A DNA stretch of 64,000 nucleotides from Laetmonice hystrix (GCA_965235115.1 OZ249437.1:50530001-50594000), one strand, 5' to 3'; positions 13,651-26,429 are shown, counted from the stretch's first letter. Program-made: numbers and translations. Notes: generated by a model not told the origin, from the letters alone.

Positions 13651-15047
13651 AACATTGACAAAAAATCAGGTATGGAAATAATCTCGCCGAATTCAACGTT
13701 TGACTGTGTTCAAATCTTTTCTGACTTGCTTAAAATTTCACGGCCTTTGTGCCTGCCCTGTACAAACTGGGGGAAGCCTTTCCTTTTAAACGCACGACCG
13801 GTTAACGATGGTTGTGAAGCGTTTCATTGCGTACGGTTACGTGAATGCACATGCAGTTTTTCATTTGGCTTCACAAAAGCCCTTAGCTACAAACACCTAC
13901 AAAGATTATCCATGGTAGTTACTGGAGATAGGTCTACTGAGCAGGTCAACGACTATAGCATGAGCGTCGTCGACTTTTGATTATAGTGGAAGGCTTACGT
14001 TTAAATGATGAAGTAACCTTTTCTGGGTTTAATAATTGAACATATACAAGATAATAAAGAGTCTCATACACATGGGTAACCTTTTGCAAAATCTTAACGG
14101 TTGATTTTCTAGAAGAGATGCGGGTTTGAAAGTTTCATCTGAACAATATTGAATATCAAAAAGTTACACTTATCTTAACCAGTTAATGACTTATCCATTT
14201 GAAGTATTATATCATCATAGTTTTATATCAAAGTCAGCATTCAATCCCTTGCATCGTTAACCAAGACCAATACTGAATTGAAAAGACACCCTCGTGGCGG
14301 ACTAAAGATATTGCTTTCGTGAAAAAAGTCTGGGCAAGTTCCCAAAACTTTTCAAAGGCGGTACAAATACCACCAACTAGCAAAACGTTTTCAAGCAGGC
14401 AGCACTACAACTTACACCTGTCTCAAGAAGCATAGTAAGTTTTGATCCTTCATCCTATAAAGGGAAACCCACCGCCATATGGAACCATTTAATTCCATTG
14501 CTAAAAGAAACCTGATCATATTAACTTTCAACGGTCACTCTTTCAGCAGTATCCGAGACGTTCTCCTATAAAAGACGGCGGTGCAGGATTTTGCATTAAC
14601 AATTGAAAACGACTTTTTTTTATATTAAGCACCTCACTTTTTAAAGCCGGAGGCTCTTGTTTTAGTCAGTATTGAGTATAATGATTATATTCTTTTCCAC
14701 TGTCTAACCTGACTGAAACGGGACACTGGTCAAAGCATTCTGTACTTTTTGATCATACTCGCTATCATTAGGTCATCGGTGGTACGCTAAATATTCTAAC
14801 ATTTTACCCCCGTTATTTCTCCTTCAAAACTGAAAATAATGATGAAATACTACAACTTACAATCACGCAGAAATAAGCACTGAATTACCTGGAAACATTT
14901 ACAATGTATAACACTGTACCTATATCTTTCAAACAAAAGTTTTCTTGACAAGGAGCAAGCGTAGATCTATAGGTAATAACACATTAACAACTACAGTGAC
15001 CAGGTACGGCGTTTACATTTCCTAATGACGTCACCCATGCAGTCGGC

Positions 15048-18000
15048 TCACTTTATCTTTTTGGCGGCCTCGCTGGGTATAATATGGCCATTAGTGGTGC
15101 CGTTCACACCAAATTTACCGTTGACGACATTGTTGAGGTCCCTGCCGACGGCACCGTTACTCACACCATTAGTCGCACCATTTACACTAAGTTTTGCCTT
15201 CCTTTGGCGAGACTTCCGTAGATATGCTTGGAAATAGAAGTTGGAGAAGAGAATGACCATGCTGACCATATAACCAATCAGCAAGATCTTACCCCACTTC
15301 GGGAAGTCACATCCTGAGAAATACATCGTGCAGGAGTGGGTAAACGTGATCACAAACTGAGTCTGTAAGGAGATAAAATAACTACGTTAGCAAAAGCACC
15401 TTACAAAAACTACTATACACAAACCAAACAATGATAGTATTCCGATTTCCCACTTGCCTACAATAACGCTATCCCTTTGTTTTAACGAAATCAATGTCAC
15501 TTCTAATTTTCTACCAGATCGTATCGTAATGACGCACAACGACTCTGAATGACACGCATATAAAACAGGATTGAAAATAACGAACTAACTGAACAAATGA
15601 TTGAACCTGATGATGGCGTTGAGTAAGAATTGACGCTAACATACTCACCAACTGAAATCGTGTAATATACCTCTTCCACCAGAGTTTGTTCCTCATGGAA
15701 GGGATGGAGGACAGTCCGTAGTATAGATACATCACCACGTGTACTAAGGAATTAATACACGCCCCAAACCAGCCTGAAAGTAACGGCAAATTCTTTAGTA
15801 AAACACTTCATATCGTTGTATTACTCTAGTGAAACCCTACATATCGTATTTCTTTTAGTAAAACCAACGACCATGTAGCTGCGTAGCTACAGCATCGTTG
15901 GTAAAACCCTATACATGTATATCGTTGTTTTTCATATTTTGATTACCGCGCAATGAAATAATCATGTGTGCATCGTCTTCCTATATTCCTGTTCTGTATC
16001 CGACTTAATTTTAGAGGAAAAATACCTTTAAAAAGATATTAAAATAATGCGTTTGCTGCATACATCCCAACGACGTAGGAACCTGACAAAAAGTGTGTGT
16101 GTGTGTGTGGGGGGGGGGGTCTGACAGGCCTACTCGATCGGTTGGGCGCGCATTTTTAAGTCTTGGTGAAGTTTCAACGGATAATCAGGCGCGGATCCAG
16201 CACTGCACCAAAGGGGGCCGAAGGCGCAAGGCGAACATGCGCGGGGTCCTCCCCCAGAAAAAAAGTAAGATTTTACCAGACTTACCTGGGTACAGTTGAT
16301 GTATTTTAGAAGGCAAAAAAAACGCTAAATTCTAGGTCTGAACGGGGGACTAAAAACATAACCCCCCCCCCCCCCAACACTCTGAAATGTGCTTCCCCCC
16401 GGTTCCTATGCCGGTGCATCCCTATTCATTGAGAATGGCACTATATTATCGACATTCAGGCTGTCCGTTAAATATTTTCACAGAAACCAATATAACTTGT
16501 GTTGTAAAACTTACTAAGTCCACCGGGAATGAACATCATCACCCACCACCAAATGTTCAACATGGAGATATGGTGGTAGACGTGCAGGAACGTTATTTGT
16601 TCAAACTTCTTGCGTACAATCATCAGGACCGTGTCGAACAACTCGATAGACTTGGAGAAGAAATACCACCACATCACTTTCGCCATCTGGTATCAAAAAC
16701 ACACACATGAAAACGGGGGAATTAACAATACTGCCACCTGGTGGGAATATAACAAACTATACGCCTTGGAGAAGATGTCACTCTTCATTTTCCCAGTCAA
16801 CTGTATTTAGCCTTTTTTTTCATTTTTAAAGCAAGCCGCCACCGACCTTTCCACACTAGGCCTATACAAGGATCTTATATCTATATTTTATTTTGTGTGT
16901 GTAGGCACAGTGTAAGCTCAGATTGGGAGGAAGATTGCAATGATCTTTCAGACCTCAACTGGGGCTAAAGCAATCCGCCAATGTTGTACTTACCCTGAGC
17001 TCCTTAGGGTTTTTGTGGGTCTCGGAGTTGTACGGGTCACACACGTAATTATAACCTGCATGAATCGTGCTCAGAATCATCTGTAACACAAGGGAGGAGT
17101 CATAATGTTAGCATCTCTTCACGATATGCACAGCTAATTTATGTAGGCTATAAGCCTCTGGCCTGGGTTTGGGGATTAGTTGTCAGAATCAGCATCATAG
17201 GTAGACCCATAGGACCTCCTGCCCGCTCGCTTCATTTATTGTTTTGATGTGGAGATCAAACGACACACATCTTTGCAACTATTTAAAACACAAGTTTGCC
17301 AGAATTCGATCGGTAACCCAGAGCCTATCGCCACCTAGCGGGAGTATGGGAACTGAGGCAATGGCAACACCGTAACATCATTAGGCATCACTCCCTGGCC
17401 CTGTTCATACAACCTCGTTAGTTGGATGCTGGATCTAAACAGGAACGTATGACCTGTCGTCAGAATATCAATGCTTTCCCACAGGATTTGGGGCGGTGGT
17501 ACACAAATCCTTCTACAGAAATAATAAATTGTCCCTTTGTTTATGCCTGTTTGCCATTTATAAATAAAACAACTAACAAAATAGGCTTAACAATATTATA
17601 CATTGTACACCCAAACGACTATGGCCATGATCATTTGTTGCATGCAGTGCACTAAGACTACCCCCTCTGGGCCTGAGCTTGTTTACCGGGGGACCGAACA
17701 TACTAATCAAAGTTTGTTTTCTGCGCGCATCTGCCAGTATCGAATGCACCTCTCGCGTGAGAACGTGTCTTGTCCCTTCATATCAGCCGAGACAGCATAT
17801 CTAACCCAAATACAATTAAAGAGCTAGGGGGCAATTCAATGAGACCTGTAACAGTATGGCAAGCCGTTTTAACATATATTCCCTATTTAGTGATACATGT
17901 ACCGCTAAATGAATTAGAGATATCGCTAATTCAATTTTTGATATCAAAAATTCATTTAGTGATATTGCTAAATATTTAGCGATATCGCTAAATAATTAGA

Positions 18001-19948
18001 GATATCAAAAAAGAATTATTAATATTGCTAAATGAATTAGCGATATCAAAAATAGAATTGGTGATATCGCTAAATGAAATAGCGATATCGCTAAATGAAT
18101 TTCTATTTTTGATATCGCTAATTCAATTTTTCATATCGCTAATTCAACTTTTGATATCGCTAATTCATTTAGCGATATGTCTAGGTCAATTTCTGATATC
18201 GCTAATTCTATTTTTGATATCAAAAATTCATTTCACGATATCTGTAAATCAGAGAATTATTGATATCGCTAAATGAAATAGCGATATCAGAAATTGAATT
18301 AGCGATATCAAAAATTGAATTAGCGAAATCAAAAATTGAAATAGCGATATCTCTAAATGAATTAGCGATATCAAAAATTGAATTAGCGATATCTCTAATT
18401 CATTTAGCGATATCACTAAATAGGGAATATGTGTTAAAACGGCTTGCCATAGACCTTGGGCCGGTTGCACCAAAGGTGTCCTTAGTGCTTTTGACTTGTA
18501 AGATACCCTACTTAGCATAGCCCTAAGACATGGCCTAAATCTAAGTGCTGTTGCACCAAAAACTCCTACGCATGTACTGAAGTCCGTCACTTACGACATG
18601 ACTAAAGGCTGATTAATATGGAATGCCGTTGGTACTTTTATTCAGCATTTCCAGATATCTTAAAATATTTGACGATATCTTCAATTCATTTGAAGATATC
18701 TTCAATTCATTTGAAGATATCTTCAATTCATCCAAGAATCTCTACATTTTTGCCACCTTTAGAACATAGAGCTGGTGCAACCCATTTCCATACAACTTTA
18801 CGACAGCATGTAAGTCCATTGGTGCAACCGGGCCCTGATACCCACCTCCCAGGGATTGCTGTGAGAAGCATCATTAGCCTTGTATTCTCACAAGTTATGT
18901 TTTTTTTAGCTTGCGACAGGCCCCCTGCTGTGATTACATTGTATATTTCCCAGGCAACATGGCTAGTGATGTGGCATTACTACGAATCTCTGAAGTTATA
19001 AAACTGGGAATGTCATGCAGTGCTGGTCGTCAACAAGCAGTGCTGCCACCTGTGAGCGGAGCAAGGCAAGGGCCAAGAACCGATGATATTCATGCCAATT
19101 TGTCCATGACAAAAATATGCAACTTTCTTAAAACTATATGGCAAGGCAAATAAAATAAAATCTTATTATAAAAATCTTTCTTTTTTCTGAAAAAGGATTT
19201 ATTCCCGTTAGTTAATACACAAGAATTTCTGCCGATTTCCGTCAACAGGTTGCCATTTGTTACGTCCAAGAGTAGTAACGAGAGATTTTTAGTTTCCATA
19301 GCCAAGTTTTGTGGAGACTTTACCATACGGTATCTAACTAACTCACCTCCAGGAACATGTAGACTGAGAGCGCCACCAGGGCCAGGTTGTAGACGACGAG
19401 AAAGTTCTGGAGTTTGAAAGGAGCCCTTTTCGCCATGACCTTGGGACCGAGCCAGATGATGAGCATATAGATTGCCGATATGGCCCACACGTAGACCGGT
19501 GAATCCCACACCAGGATCCAGTTGCGGGTCCGAGGGTCTGGAGAGGGTCGGGGAGAGAAAAAGAGTCGAGATGGCGATTGTGAACATGGCACAACGACAG
19601 TAAATTAGAAGACAACTCCCATCTCCACATCGGCTCATCTGTGCATGCACCGCTCTATCAAAGAGCGATGGAACTTCAGATGGTGGAGAACCTATTAAGA
19701 CAAGAAACTTTCCAGTGCCATACAAAAAGTTTAAACCTTCCGCAATAAGGTCAAAGGTTTACCATGCACCGCCTATTTCAAAATAGTTTCCGATCCCCTT
19801 GATGCTTCACATATCTTAGATCGAAATACCGGTTTTTCATGTTTAGCGTAGAGTAACTAAAGACTAAATTTTATTGTAGAATAGTCTTACCTGCGTGTGG
19901 AAAGGCCTCCTCATACTGCTGAATGAGTGTGGATAGAATTGGCGTCAT
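15048..19948 (-). CDS. elovl2/5: Very-long-chain fatty acid elongase, ELOVL2/5-like (PUFA-type), 315 aa
   Basis: Exons on minus: 19948-19891, 19537-19347, 17080-16994, 16686-16515, 15773-15649, 15362-15048. All introns GT-AG with compatible phases, 948 nt total. Motifs: [25 protein letters not shown] histidine box, [51 protein letters not shown] and a C-terminal KKIK ER-retrieval signal. Subfamily (2/5 versus 4) is less certain than the family. Confidence 0.95.
17329..17341 (-). promoter_or_regulatory. CTCF-like motif
   Basis: CCGCTAGGTGGCG on the minus strand. Similar motifs at 36147-36160 (CCAGCAGAGGGCAG) and 43549-43561. Motif match only. Confidence 0.3.
17855..18451. mobile_element. Fold-back MITE with internal 21-bp GATATC repeats, in ELOVL coding intron 2
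   Basis: About 40-bp TIRs tatggcaagccgttttaacatatattccctatttagtgata / tatcactaaatagggaatatgtgttaaaacggcttgccata with TA at both termini. The interior is gatatcgctaattcaattttt-type units in both orientations. Confidence 0.9.
18459..18834. mobile_element. PIF/Harbinger-like MITE
   Basis: TIRs ggc(c)cggttgcaccaa / ttggtgcaaccgggcc with 3-bp flanks ttg / ctg. Contains a nested fragment of gatatcttcaattcatttgaa repeats. Confidence 0.65.
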
Positions 19949-20370
19949 AGTTCTTTGCTTCCCCTTGAAATAAGCGAGACAAAAACCATTAGATATGCCA
20001 AAATAATCTTGAGAAGGTCTAAAAGAGCTTTCAACCGTCGATTCGTGCTGTTTTAGACAAGACAGAGCCACATGAACTGTTGGAGGCATACCTTTCGAAA
20101 ATCGCCACGGTCTGCAAGTCACAAACTGGCTTCACTTATTACTTAATATCATGATACGCCGGCTGTCATTACTCATTGAACCTTGGAGGAATATTCCTCC
20201 AAGATTAAATTTTATTATATGATCGGCACAATTCTTCAATGGTTGATCTAACGAGATGACTTAGGAAATAAAGAACGACGGAAATGTTTATTTGTCTTTA
20301 GATTATCACCAACACTTGAGGTTCGGTGCATGTGCACTCGGCAGACTAGTGGTCAGCCTTTAGACCTCAC

Positions 20371-20451
20371 CCGACAAGGACCAGAGTCGACGGCCCGAAC
20401 AGGGGTCGATGAGACAAATAGTCCAAAGGTTCGCTCTGCTCGCTCCTTATA
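20371..20451 (-). promoter_or_regulatory. Candidate TATA box and non-coding first exon of the elongase
   Basis: Minus-strand TATAAG at 20451-20446, then a CpG-rich stretch ending in a donor cgg|gtgagg at 20371. It would splice to the acceptor tttttgtctcgcttatttcaag| at 19963, 15 nt before the ATG. Confidence 0.5.
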
Positions 20452-20902
20452 GGATCCACCTTTCCAATAAACAGGCCGTGTTCAGGCTAGGACCGGGTCC
20501 TTTTGAGGATCATCATCATAAAATTATGGCAATGGCTGCTGCCAAAGTACTTTGGGCGGAAGACCACCAAAAGGCTATTGCCAAAGTACCAATCAAAATA
20601 CCGTATTTCTACTTTGGCAGCAACAAGCCAGGGTAATTGCTGCCAAAGTACCAATGGGCGACTGGCTTACAAACTGCTTGTTGCCTGATCCTGCCAAAGT
20701 ACTTTGGAATCAAGAAACATGTATACGGTCTTTATACTTTGTCTTTATACTTTGTCAGCAACTTTATCAGGAACTCTTATTGCACATGTGGACGAAGAAC
20801 TTTGTCTGGAAGCGCTGTTACCAAAGTCTATGGGTACACATACACTGAAGTGTGAAAGCACAAAAGTTGTTAGGGGACGTTCAGACTATTACCGCGTTAT
20901 AT

Positions 20903-21053
20903 CAGTGGCGGATCCGGGGGTAGGGAGTTAACCCCCCTAGCCAATTTTGTCTTTTTTCACCACTGAACGGTCTTAATTGTCCATGACTAATCCCCTCCCC
21001 CAGAAAATTCTTCCCTTAACCCCGCCCCCTTCCTAAATCCCGCATCCGCCCTG
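20903..21053. mobile_element. MITE of the CAGTGGCGGATCC family
   Basis: TIRs cagtggcggatcc / gcatccgccctg. Interior resembles 52372-52546. Confidence 0.65.
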
Positions 21054-21629
21054 TATCAATACGGTTTTTAATACCAAAGTAGGCCTACTTTAACAGGAAA
21101 AAGTGTTATTAGGCCTATAATACAATTTTTAAGCATGACCTACTGAGCCAACGTCCTTTTTGTCTGGAAACATGAAATCTCTGCACCTGAGATTTAGTTT
21201 TGACACACTTTTTCATGACACACGGGGACATTTTCGATGGCGAAGTACTTTGTCAGGTGACGCTGTCTTAACGTGACGTTTATTAACAGAATAAAGTCAG
21301 GAAGTCAATTGGTACTATATTTTGAACATGAGCTTTATTGCCAACGACCCTTCACATTGGACATAGAGAATTACAACTGTCGGTGTAGAGAAAATCTTAG
21401 GTGTAAAAGCAAAAGGTATACTCGTAGTTTGCTGACGTAGTCAAGGTAATGTAGGCCTACTTATATACATGTAGGCCTATATAATTTGGAGATGCCAATT
21501 AACATGCGAAACTGTGTAACCCTGAAAAAAGCCCTTCAGAACTTCTTTCGCGAGTTACAGTAAAACAGCCTGAGGTAATTTGGCCTGAATCTGAATAGTA
21601 ATATGGAACACTTGGAAAAAGTGGAAACC

Positions 21630-21860
21630 AGTGGCAACAGTAATTTGGTAATCGCAAAGCAGCCTAACCCCCTACCCCTTGCTGCCACAGTACCTTGGCA
21701 ATAACAATGCAGCCTAACCCCCTACCCCTTGCTGCACCATTACTTTGGCAATACCAATGCAGCCTAACGCCCTACCCCTTTCTGCCAGAGTACCTTGGCA
21801 ATAACAATGCAGCCTTACCCCCTACCCCTTGCTGCCACAGTACTTTGGTAATAGCAAAGC
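21630..21860 (+). repeat. 50-bp minisatellite, left array (about 4.5 units)
   Basis: Unit agcctaaccccctaccccttgctgccacagtaccttggcaataacaatgc, the reverse complement of the 22205-23190 unit. Confidence 0.95.
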
Positions 21861-22204
21861 GACATGACAATTGTCGCACTGGATTTTTTTGGCGCGGCCA
21901 GTCCCTGTGCAGTCCCTCGCTCCACAGTCATTTGAATGGTTCAGCCAAGAACTGCTGGTACGTATGTTGGCGGTAGTCTGGTACGTGGAGCTGCGTGAGT
22001 GATGGAGGTGCCACTCCTCTCACGAGTGCATCTGCATTCTGAATTAACAAGAATGTCGACACTCATCAATAAATCAATTTTATTTTCACCAAATTGATCA
22101 GTCTCTTTGCCATATATGGTAAAGTTTATGGTTACAGTGGAAGTAATCAAAAAGTCTATCAATTTTAACTGAAATGACAGATGGCATAGTTTCTGATTAG
22201 ATAT

Positions 22205-23190
22205 TACCAAGGTAATGTGAGAGCAAGGGGCAGGGCGTTAGGCTGTATTGTTTTTGCCAAGATACTGTGGCAGCAAGGGGCAGAGGGTTACACTGCATTG
22301 TTATTGCTAAAGTACTGTGGCAGCAAGGGGCAAGGCGTTACGCTGCATTGTTATTGCCAAAGTAGTGTGACAGCAAGGGGCAGGGGGTTAGGCTACATTG
22401 TTATTGCCAAAGTAACTGTGGCAGCAAGGGGCAGGGGTTAGGCTGTATTGTTATTGCCGAAGTAACTGTGGCAGCAAGGGGTGGGGGGTTAGGCTGCATT
22501 GTTATTGCCAAAGTACTGTGGCAGCAAGGGGTAGGGCGTTAGGCTGCATTGTTATTGACAAAGTAATGTGGTAGCAAGAGGTAGGGGGTTCGGCTGCATT
22601 GTTATTGCCAAGGTACTGTGGCAGCAAGGGGTAGGGCGTTAGGTTGCATTGTTATTGCCAAAGTAATGTGGTAGCAAGAGGTAGGGGGTTAGGCTGTATT
22701 GTTATTGCCAAGGTACTGTGGCAGCAAGGGGTAGGGCGTTAGGCTGCATTGTTATTGACAAAGTAGTGTGGTAGCAAGAGGTAGGGGGTTAGGCTGCATT
22801 GTTATTGCCAAGGTACTGTGGCAGCAAGGGGCAGGGCGTTAGGCTGTATTGTTATTGCCAAAGTAACTGTGGCAGCAAGGGGTGGGGGGTTAGGCTGCAT
22901 TGTTATTGCCAAAGTACTGTGGCAGCAAGGGGCAAGGCGTTAGGCTGTATTGTTATTGCCAAGGTACTGTGGTAGCAAGGGGTGGGGCGTTAGGCTCTAT
23001 TGTTATTGCCAAAGTACTGTGGCAGCAAGGGGCAGGGCGTTACGCTGCATTTTTATTGCCAAGGTACTGTGGCAGCAAGGGGTAGGGCGTTAGGCTGCAT
23101 TGTTATTGCCAAAGTACTGTGGCAGCAAGGGGCAAGGCGTTAGGCTGCATTGTTATTGCCAAAGTACTGTGGCAGCAAGGGGTAGGGCGT
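22205..23190 (-). repeat. 50-bp minisatellite, right array (about 20 units), inverted relative to the left array
   Basis: Plus-strand unit aggctgcattgttattgccaaagtactgtggcagcaaggggtagggcgtt. Confidence 0.97.
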
Positions 23191-25059
23191 ATTATCATCA
23201 CATCTGTAATAGCTACGGTCTGGCCTTGTTGCACCCCTGTAACAATCATGGCAAAATTATTTTAACTTCGCTCTGAGTTACCGTTAATTATGTCAAATAA
23301 CGTAGAAATGAACTAACCTTATCCCCTCTGGGATCCGTATGTCTTGTCTCCCTGGGTGTTTTTTAGATACGTCTTCACAGTTTCTGAGGCGTATATGTGA
23401 TAAACAACATTCTGACCCTGATCACCACTGGTCAAATGCCTCAGAAAAGCTATGGTCCGTCGGAAACGTGTCACCCAGCTTCATTATAGCAGGGCTAGTC
23501 AAGATGGCACCTCCTGGTCCTAGTCTTGGCGCCAAAAAATCTAGGTCGTTTGTAACAAAGCTTCTGATTGGTACTTTGACAATAGCGTTTTGGTCGTCTT
23601 CCACCCAAAGTACTTTGGCAGTAGACACTCCGTAAAAGGCAATATAAATGTTCATAACAATGATTTCAGCTGTTCGATGGAAATATTCAAGCCAACCATG
23701 CGGTTTGAAGTAATGCCACGCGCTGCATGACTAAAGGTGCAATATCCCGTTGACTGTGAATGCAACTATTAAAGGATAATGCCCTGTTGTCGAGAAGGTT
23801 CGGTTATTTTGGTTTATTAGTTTGTTTTATTGATTTGAATCACTATAATTGAATTTTAGAGGGGTCAGCTGTGTGCTGAAGCAGATATTTCATCTGGGAG
23901 TGAAGTCTCGACGTTGTCATGTCTAACATGCGCTCGACTTCTCCTCGTGCACATGCCATAAACCGTCTCGACATCTCTTCAAGATGTAATATCCACTAAA
24001 TCAAGGTGCCAGACACGGCGCCAACTTGCCGACAATGGTTGGTTTGACTTGCTCGACCCGATGCTGCTCGTTCTCAAGTCTCAGCCGACCTCAGCCGACA
24101 TGTGAGGCTCTAAGATCCGGGGGAACAGTACCAGGGCAGAGGCGGCAGCAGAGGATCAATTATTGACAGTGCTTAAGCTCTCAGTCTCCCATCTGGCTCC
24201 ACGCCAGAATATACAATAAAAGATACCATGCTCTTCGAAAATTTAATATTCTAGTATGATCAATAATAATACATAATGGAGGCAATAAGACGTCGAAACG
24301 GACTGGGATTCCTGGAGTTCAAGCGACGAAAGCCCAGCTTGAGCCCATATTTAGCACAAGCATGCAAGTAAACATTTTTTTTTTAAATTAACAGGGGTTC
24401 AGAATTATTTCATATGGCCTCTACACGCGACTTGAGGTCACAATCCTTGTGTCAGCTTGGCTCATTTGTTGAAGTGTTTCTTCAAGGCAAACCTCGGCGG
24501 TCTGGCAGCCTGCTTAGTCTGCCTGGTTCTCCCCACCCTCTCAGGGTGTAACTCGACAGTCAAGCAAAAGCTCAAAGTAACCTATGCAAGCCTGTGGCAT
24601 AGAGTCAATGTATAAACTTTCGGGGTAGGAATTGTATGATCCATTAAAGATATACTGAACGGCAATGAAAACGCATAGCTTGAAAATATAGCTCAAATAT
24701 TTATTTGAAAGGACCAGCTACATTTTATATTTGACAAGAAGCCGGATCAGTATCGGTAACTCAACGGAATAGACACTCAGAAAACAACATTCCTGTTGTC
24801 AACCTTTCCTGCATCTTTTGTTAGTTTGAATTGAAATAACGGACTAAAATTAACCTGGCCTCCAGAATTTTTTACCCTCAAATTTCCGAAATCTAGTGAT
24901 ATGGTGCAATAATCCTACGATTAACTTGTATGACCCCAAAGTGAATTTCAACTATAGAATGCCTCACAAACGATGCAAAACATTTTTTTAAAGCGATTCC
25001 TCAAATTGTGCATCTTTAATCCGTCAATGCAGCCCTGCCCGGTCTATGACAGATACAAT

Positions 25060-25553
25060 GGGTAAGGTCAAATCTAAAAGTTAAATGGGTGTTAACGCTA
25101 GGTATTAAGAAAGTGTTCTATAAATCGGAAATTTGACCTCGTCCTGGGTGTTTGCTTAACACTGAGTTAACACTGTCTCAACAACGTGTTAACACCTAAA
25201 ACACACCTTGGAAACACCTAGATAACTCAGGTGTCTCATTAATCTCAGTCAGGTCCCAGGTGTCTTTGGAATACCATAGAAAACCTATACCTAAAGTGTT
25301 AACCGCCTGTGGGTTAACACCTGAGACAGGTCAAAACTCAGAGTCAAGCTTATTCCTTATGCCACTGGTAGGAGTGGCGACCAGGTGTGGCTGATGTGTC
25401 AGGAAAGTGTTACCTGAGTTTTTCAAAGTATTAGCAAGGTGTTGTCAAAATGTTAACTGGAGCCTAGTGTTAAAGGTCCAGGTTAACACTTTTTCCTGAG
25501 ATAACACCTGGATAATCCAGGCGTATAGTTAACTCTCATATTTGACCTCACCC
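25060..25553. mobile_element. MITE with 14-bp TIRs and 3-bp TSD (Harbinger-like)
   Basis: gggtaaggtcaaat ... atttgacctcaccc, flanked by aat on both sides. Interior rich in gttaacac motifs. Confidence 0.75.
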
Positions 25554-26429
25554 AATGTATCACGCCAAGATCTTGCTCCTGTTTCATGAAGTGAATGAAG
25601 TTGTTAAAAATGTATCAAAGTAAAGAAGTTAAACTAAATTTCTAACATTCCTTCCACCAGATTAGTAGCCTCTGACAAAGTTATACAATGATACAGTATA
25701 CACCAAGGTGGGTCGACCGATCCAGAAAAAACAAGTACCGTATTCGACCTAATAAGCGTACATACAGTAAGCTGAAATTTTTATGGTGTGATTATGGTTC
25801 CTTCTAATAAGTCTACACCCAAGTTACTTTTCTAAACGTTACAGGAACAGTCGGGGCACTTGGGTAGCCTAGGCTAGGCCTAATGCAAAAAGATGTAACA
25901 GACTAATGCGAAAAGATGTAACAGTAGCATGTGTATAAGCCCAACACTAAACTGGTGACCGAACAAACTACATCGATTTAAGTCAGGTGTCCTTTTCGAA
26001 ACAAATGGCGGCGCACGCATAGTAGGGCATGTGCGCCTTAGGTCTAATACGGTATCTGGTCGACAAGTACAAAACGAGAGATACACCACTTGAGAGATGA
26101 ACAGGTACTTGTCCTACCGCAAGGACGCCCGTTGATCACTGATAACGACACGCGTGAGCTCGCGCCCTCAGGGAACTTTAACACCTGTCACCTGATGTTT
26201 AACCAGGACCCACTTCGGTCCACCTGAACGCTAATCGAAACTTGAAATTTGTGATTTCCATTACAAATGGAGACTTATAGGATACATTGACCACTGGAAC
26301 ATTGCCACCAATGAGAGGGTCTAGTATGTAGGGCATTGCCCGAGCTGTATCCACTGTATTCCAGATGTCACATGAACCTACTGCCAGTTGAGAAACTATG
26401 TAAATAGGATGTCACAGTTGCCGGTTTTT

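Noticed and set aside
18025-18590. Leu/Ile-periodic ORFs (ISLIQFL and LAISKIE repeats) resembling leucine zippers
   Set aside because: They are translations of the 21-bp repeats of the fold-back MITE.
19090-19725. 211-aa ORF, the longest in the track
   Set aside because: It overlaps ELOVL exon 2 in a different frame, extends into both introns and has no recognisable domain.
19964-20122. Open frame upstream of the elongase ATG suggesting an N-terminal extension
   Set aside because: A strong acceptor (tttttgtctcgcttatttcaag) lies 15 nt before the ATG, so the extension is most simply intronic.
20539-20560. The palindrome translates as AKVLW, resembling ELOVL AKV(M/L)WW
   Set aside because: There is no nucleotide similarity to exon 4 and no further amino-acid match, so it is coincidence.
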